From Cyanidioschyzon merolae (Eukaryota), in the NCBI GenBank assembly GCA_000091205.1, contig AP006487.2: 64,000 nucleotides of DNA, one strand, 5' to 3'. The position numbers and the translations under genes were made by a program. This document shows, in pieces, positions 59,111 to 64,000 of this stretch; within the stretch, counting starts at the first letter, position 1, and every line of letters begins with the position of its first letter. The notes beneath the pieces are model-generated. The model was not told where the DNA came from and ran no database searches. It was given only the letters and a program-made list of their open reading frames with translations.

Positions 59111-59441
59111 CTAGAGCGAGACGCCGTGCACCGCGATGGTGGCGATCGCACCAATTGGCGGCGTCGGCTGCCCCCTGTCGTGTCTACACGTCATATGGGT
59201 GTCACGAGAAAAATGTCCGTTATAGGTGCATAGGTATAGGAGCAGACGCCCGTTCCGTTACACCGGCGTCGGAATGGGCGTTATGTACAGGTTCTCCGTT
59301 CGCGCGTCACAGCGCGAAAATGACGTGGAAACACGGCAAGCCTTACGGTACCCGCCAGCTTTCGTATAGCGCAAAAGTTCCTGGTTTAAAGAACGAATGG
59401 GTTCTACGAATCAGCCTACAAATAGATATCTCTTCTCAAGT

Positions 59442-59936
59442 ATGGCGAAAGGAACTGCACTAAGTCAGAAGAAGCGGTTTACAACAGCACGCCGTCGACA
59501 CCAACGAGCTTTTCGCTTTATGTTGATGCTCGTCCTGGTAATGTTTTGGTTGGAAAAAGTGATAATCGTACAACCTACGGCAGCAGCAACACCAACGCCG
59601 ACGGCAACACCGACACCTTCGCCTACGCCAACTGCGACACCAACGCCTACGCCTACACCGACACCGACACCGACACCGACGGCAACAAAAACGCCTACAC
59701 CGACGGCAACACCGACACCGACACCGACACCGACGGCAACAAAAACGCCTACGCCTACGGCAACCGCGACACCGACACCAACACCTACGCCTACGCCAAC
59801 AGCAACACCGACACCAACGCCTACGCCAACTGCGACACCAACGCCTACGCCTACGCCTACGCCGACTGCAACTCCGACGCCAACACCAACTGCGACACCA
59901 ACTGCAACACCGACACCGACGGCAACACCAACTGCA

Positions 59937-59971
<35 letters not shown>

Positions 59972-60326
59972 AACGCCAACTGCGACACCAACGCCTACGC
60001 CTACGCCAACTGCGACACCGACACCGACACCAACGCCTACGCCAACTGCAACGCCGACACCAACACCTACGCCAACTGCGACACCAACGCCTACGCCAAC
60101 TGCAACGCCGACACCTACACCGACACCTACACCAACTGCAACACCAACGCCTACGCCTACGGCAACCGCGACACCGACACCAACATCTACGCCAACGCCT
60201 ACGCCAACTGCAACACCAACGCCAACTGCAACACCAACGCCTACGCCTACGCCTACGCCGACGGCAACACCAACTGCGACACCAACTGCAACACCGACTG
60301 CAACTCCGACGCCTACGCCAACTGCA

Positions 60327-60379
<53 letters not shown>

Positions 60380-60602
60380 AACGCCTACGCCAACTGCAAC
60401 CCCGACACCGACGCCGACACCAACACCAACGCCAACTGCGACACCAACGCCTACGCCTACGCCAACTGCAACACCGACACCAACGCCTACGCCAACTGCG
60501 ACACCAACGCCTACGCCTACGCCTACGCCGACTGCAACTCCGACGCCAACACCAACTGCGACACCAACTGCAACACCGACACCGACGGCAACACCAACTG
60601 CC

Positions 60603-60643
<41 letters not shown>

Positions 60644-60998
60644 AACGCCAACTGCGACACCAACGCCTACGCCTACGCCAACTGCGACACCGACACCGAC
60701 ACCAACGCCTACGCCAACTACAACGCCGACACCAACACCTACGCCAACTGCGACACCAACGCCTACGCCAACTGCAACGCCGACACCTACACCGACACCT
60801 ACACCAACTGCAACACCAACGCCTACGCCTACGGCAACCGCGACACCGACACCAACATCTACGCCAACGCCTACGCCAACTGCAACACCAACGCCAACTG
60901 TGACACCAACGCCTACGCCTACGCCTACGCCGACGGCAACACCAACTGCGACACCAACTGCAACACCGACTGCAACTCCGACGCCTACGCCAACTGCA

Positions 60999-61033
<35 letters not shown>

Positions 61034-62654
61034 AACGCCAACTGCGACACCAACGCCTACGCCTACGCCAACTGCGACACCGACACCGACACCAACGCCT
61101 ACGCCAACTGCGACACCGACACCGACACCAACGCCTACGCCAACTGCAACGCCGACACCAACACCTACGCCAACTGCAACGCCGACACCTACACCGACAC
61201 CTACACCAACTGCAACACCAACGCCTACGCCTACGGCAACCGCGACACCTACACCGACACCTACACCAACTGCAACACCAACGCCTACGCCTACGACAAC
61301 CGCGACACCGACACCTACACCGACGCCAACACCAACTGCGACACCGACACCAACGCCAACTGCGACACCTACACCAACACCTACGCCGACGGCAACACCG
61401 TCACCTACGCCTACCCCGGCAATAGCCGGTGTTGCATTCTCTGCGGTGGTCAGTGTGGTGGACAAGACCGTGTATGTTGATGTTGCGGTCGTTCTCCAGG
61501 ATAACTTAGAAACCAAGCTGAATGGAACTGGAGCGAACGTCACTGTGTCGGATAACTGCGATAGTATCTTCGTGTCAATAGCCTCGCGGTTCGCCGACTG
61601 GTACGAGAGAAGCAGCCTCGACGTTCAACGTGTATTCAGCGCAACATCAGCAGTGAATGCAAGCTACAATATCTCTATCTTAGCACCTACCGCGCTCGTA
61701 TCCAACGTGACGAAGATCTCTACCAATTTTACAAGTAGCGTTCCAAGTATCCTGCCAAGTGGAGCGAGTCTCGCGGCGATCTCGACTCCGAAAGTTGTGC
61801 CAACACCCACACCCACACCTACACCGACACCGACACCAACACCGACAACTTCAGCAACGCCTACGCCTACCGTCTCAGTGACGCCTTCACCGACAGCAAA
61901 TGTTACACAGGTTTCTGTGGGTGGCGGCGCTGCGGTCTGCTTCCCAGCGGGTGCTTCGGTGCTTATTGATGGTCTTGGCAAGACGCGGCGGATAAGCGAA
62001 TTGCGCCCGGGTATGACCGTAATCGGCGTCGATTCACGTGGGCGACTGGTCGAGGACACAGTTCTGGGGTGGTTGCACAAAGAGACTCGCGCCACAGCAG
62101 AAATCCTATTGATCAAGACGCGTTCGGGGAAGGAGCTGCGCTTGACGAGGCAGCATCTGGTGTACCGGATGAACGAGAACCCGAGAGTCCCGGGCCGCAA
62201 AATGACAGCTGTGTCGAGTCTTTCACATGAGAAAGAGCAGCACATACAGAAGATCCTCGAACTGGAGACGTCTGTAGGTGAAGCGGTTTTCGCAGAAGAT
62301 ATCCGCATAGGCGACGCCTTATTCGACATTGCTGCGCACCTGCCGGACCCCGTGGTGGCAATTGACACTCTCGTTACGAGTGATGGCCTCTATGCGCCGC
62401 TGACGCGCTCAGGGCGCCTTGTGGTAGACGGAATTCTTGTTAGTTGCTACGGGACCTATGCATCGCACACTGTGGCACATGCTGTATTGTGGCCTGCGCG
62501 GGTTGAACTTTTGCGCAAGATATGGGGAGCAGCGCTCGGCTCTGACAGCACGGAAGGTATCATGCCATATGCAGAAGGACTGTACCGCGTATGGACAAGT
62601 GCAGCACGTATTCTGAAAGATAGTCGCGTGAATGCTATAGCTGTTGCCTGCTAA
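59442..62654 (+). CDS. Signal-anchored, mucin-like (Pro-Thr-Ala)n repeat glycoprotein with a C-terminal Hedgehog-type Hint (Hog) autoprocessing domain followed by a sterol-recognition-like tail.
   Basis: The N-terminus has a basic stretch followed by hydrophobic [12 protein letters not shown]. About 610 aa of [10 protein letters not shown] repeats follow, then an N-glycosylation-rich spacer (NGT, NVT, NAS, NIS, NFT). From Cys at nt 61938, the sequence GGGAAV|[12 protein letters not shown]...[10 protein letters not shown] (TxxH)...[26 protein letters not shown] shows the Hog-domain hallmarks (G|CF cleavage site, TxxH, SCY). A candidate upstream start also exists at 59397. Confidence 0.8.
59581..61418. 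repeat. Coding tandem-repeat array (ACN-CCN hexamers) organised into a higher-order repeat of about 666 bp present about 2.4 times; it encodes the PT-rich domain.
   Basis: The 60-nt string ctacgccaactgcgacaccaacgcctacgcctacgcctacgccgactgcaactccgacgc occurs at 59821 and 60487. All three forward frames and the reverse strand are open across the array. Confidence 0.9.
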
Positions 62655-64000
62655 GAATGCGCTGCGAAGCAAAGAAGGGGGAGAGCTGATACTGGAGACC
62701 AACTCTGAGATGCCTTGCAGACACTTTGCGACTTTTTTTACGAGTATTATTCGTAGTAGGATTCTCCGAACCGAAAAAGATCCAGGGGGAGGCTGTTTTG
62801 ATATGCGGACCAAGAACGAAATCTTAGCACCAATAGGGAAGGCGGAGTGCCTTGCAGAGAGAGGATTTCCGCAAAAGAGAAATCCAGTCAGAAACATTTG
62901 TCGTCAAAAAAATGAACTGGAGAAAAGAACCAACCGTGGCTACAGCATCCGAGGCGGTCCGATTGGAAAAGATGCGATCAACTCTACAGGTGCATGGATC
63001 GTTGAGAATTCCATGGGTGCTCTCAGGTGCCAAAGGCATCCGTCGAAATATGCTCGAAGTGAGAGATTATCGGTTTCGTATGTGGATATGCTCATGAACG
63101 GATTTGCGCGCAATCGAGATTCGATCGGAGGGAAGCACCCTGTACCCCAAATGGGATACACTCGCTCAAGTCGCGGGAGAAATGCTACAGTATATGATAC
63201 GTTAACCAGATTTTCGCTGGGCGGAAAAAGCCAAAATTGGTTTATAGCGGCTCGAGATTTCCTCTCAAGCACAGGAACGATAAAGGAAAGATTCACTATC
63301 AAAAGTGTAAACATATGAAAATTGCCGATTAGAACCTCGTAAGGTATGATAATGCCCACAAAAAAAAGCAAAGGCGTACAATTACAAGTACAGGACAGCG
63401 AACCTAACATGGAGAGAAAAAACGAAGAGAAAACGAGCAGGAGTGATTATCAAGAGTAAACTACATGTAAGACATGAAAACAGAAATATGATTAATACCA
63501 TGAAAAATTACAGAAAAAGATTCGCCCCTAGAAAAAGCATCCAAATCATAGTCGATATAAAGACTAGAACGGGTGCTAATAAGTACAGAGCGACGATTTA
63601 TAACATGGTAAATTTTTGGTCTAATATCAATTAGAAAGAAGAGAACCAAAAGAGTTGATATAAAGAGCATGCCGGAAAGTACTCTATTATTAAGGAGACA
63701 AAGCAGGGTAACAAAAGAGTCATGAAAAAAGGTGCTATGAAAATGCAGGCAGAGCTTGCCTCCAAATACTACGTAGAATAGAGCACATTATCTAAAAAAA
63801 CCCTGCCTTATACCTAAGAAGCTGTACCAAAATCGAAATCCGTTATAATAGCAACGCCCGGCACTGATCTATTCTGCAATCTAAAAACCAAGATATAGAA
63901 AAAAATGGAACAAAAAATCTTTAATAAAAAGCGGTAAATACAGAAAGAAAACTCGATATACAAGAAAGATAAAAATATGAGGATCATGGAGAATGGGGGG

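Noticed and set aside
59581-61418. CRISPR-like or other prokaryotic repeat-spacer interpretation of the regular array
   Set aside because: There are no unique spacers. The array is an in-frame coding repeat inside a eukaryotic gene, and the window encodes eukaryote-specific proteins (eL37, CCT, TFIIH, E2).
59465-61543. 692-aa minus-strand ORF of Gly-Val repeats and 644-aa plus-frame ORF of Asp/Thr/Asn/Ala repeats (59546-61480)
   Set aside because: Both are alternative-frame and reverse-complement readings of the same hexamer array. The PT frame is the only one continuous with a signal anchor upstream and a Hint domain downstream.

Overview
This window is GC-rich, gene-dense eukaryotic nuclear DNA. 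Genes appear almost entirely as single uninterrupted ORFs, so the genome looks intron-poor and compact. I recognise about 20 housekeeping genes directly from their translations: ribosomal protein eL37, DapA (4-hydroxy-tetrahydrodipicolinate synthase), a long-chain acyl-CoA synthetase, OLA1/YchF GTPase, a bifunctional uridine kinase/UPRT, HemE (uroporphyrinogen decarboxylase), CCT-zeta chaperonin, mitochondrial ATP synthase OSCP, a UBC E2, a PTC7-like PP2C, mitochondrial ribosomal protein bL19, a DUF393/DCC thiol-disulfide oxidoreductase, an ApaH-like PPP phosphatase and a TFIIH p62-like protein. Several of these carry N-terminal extensions that look like organelle-targeting peptides. The DAP lysine pathway plus these extensions suggest a plastid-bearing (algal-like) lineage, but I cannot name the organism. 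The accessory content is the more interesting part. (1) A family of Fanzor-like elements (eukaryotic TnpB/OMEGA RuvC nuclease) occurs in at least five copies; the copies with an intact 3' end share a conserved, hairpin-capable 3' non-coding segment that is a candidate omega-RNA scaffold. (2) A 1084-aa signal-anchored, mucin-like (Pro-Thr-Ala)n repeat protein ends in a Hedgehog-type Hint (Hog) autoprocessing domain. (3) A pair of 97%-identical direct repeats of about 1.1 kb flank a 10-kb gene block, with a third diverged fragment elsewhere. (4) A secreted K/Y/V-rich repeat protein, microsatellites and AT-rich islands are also present. I found no CRISPR arrays or prokaryote-type systems. All protein calls are by eye from the supplied translations, with no database searches.
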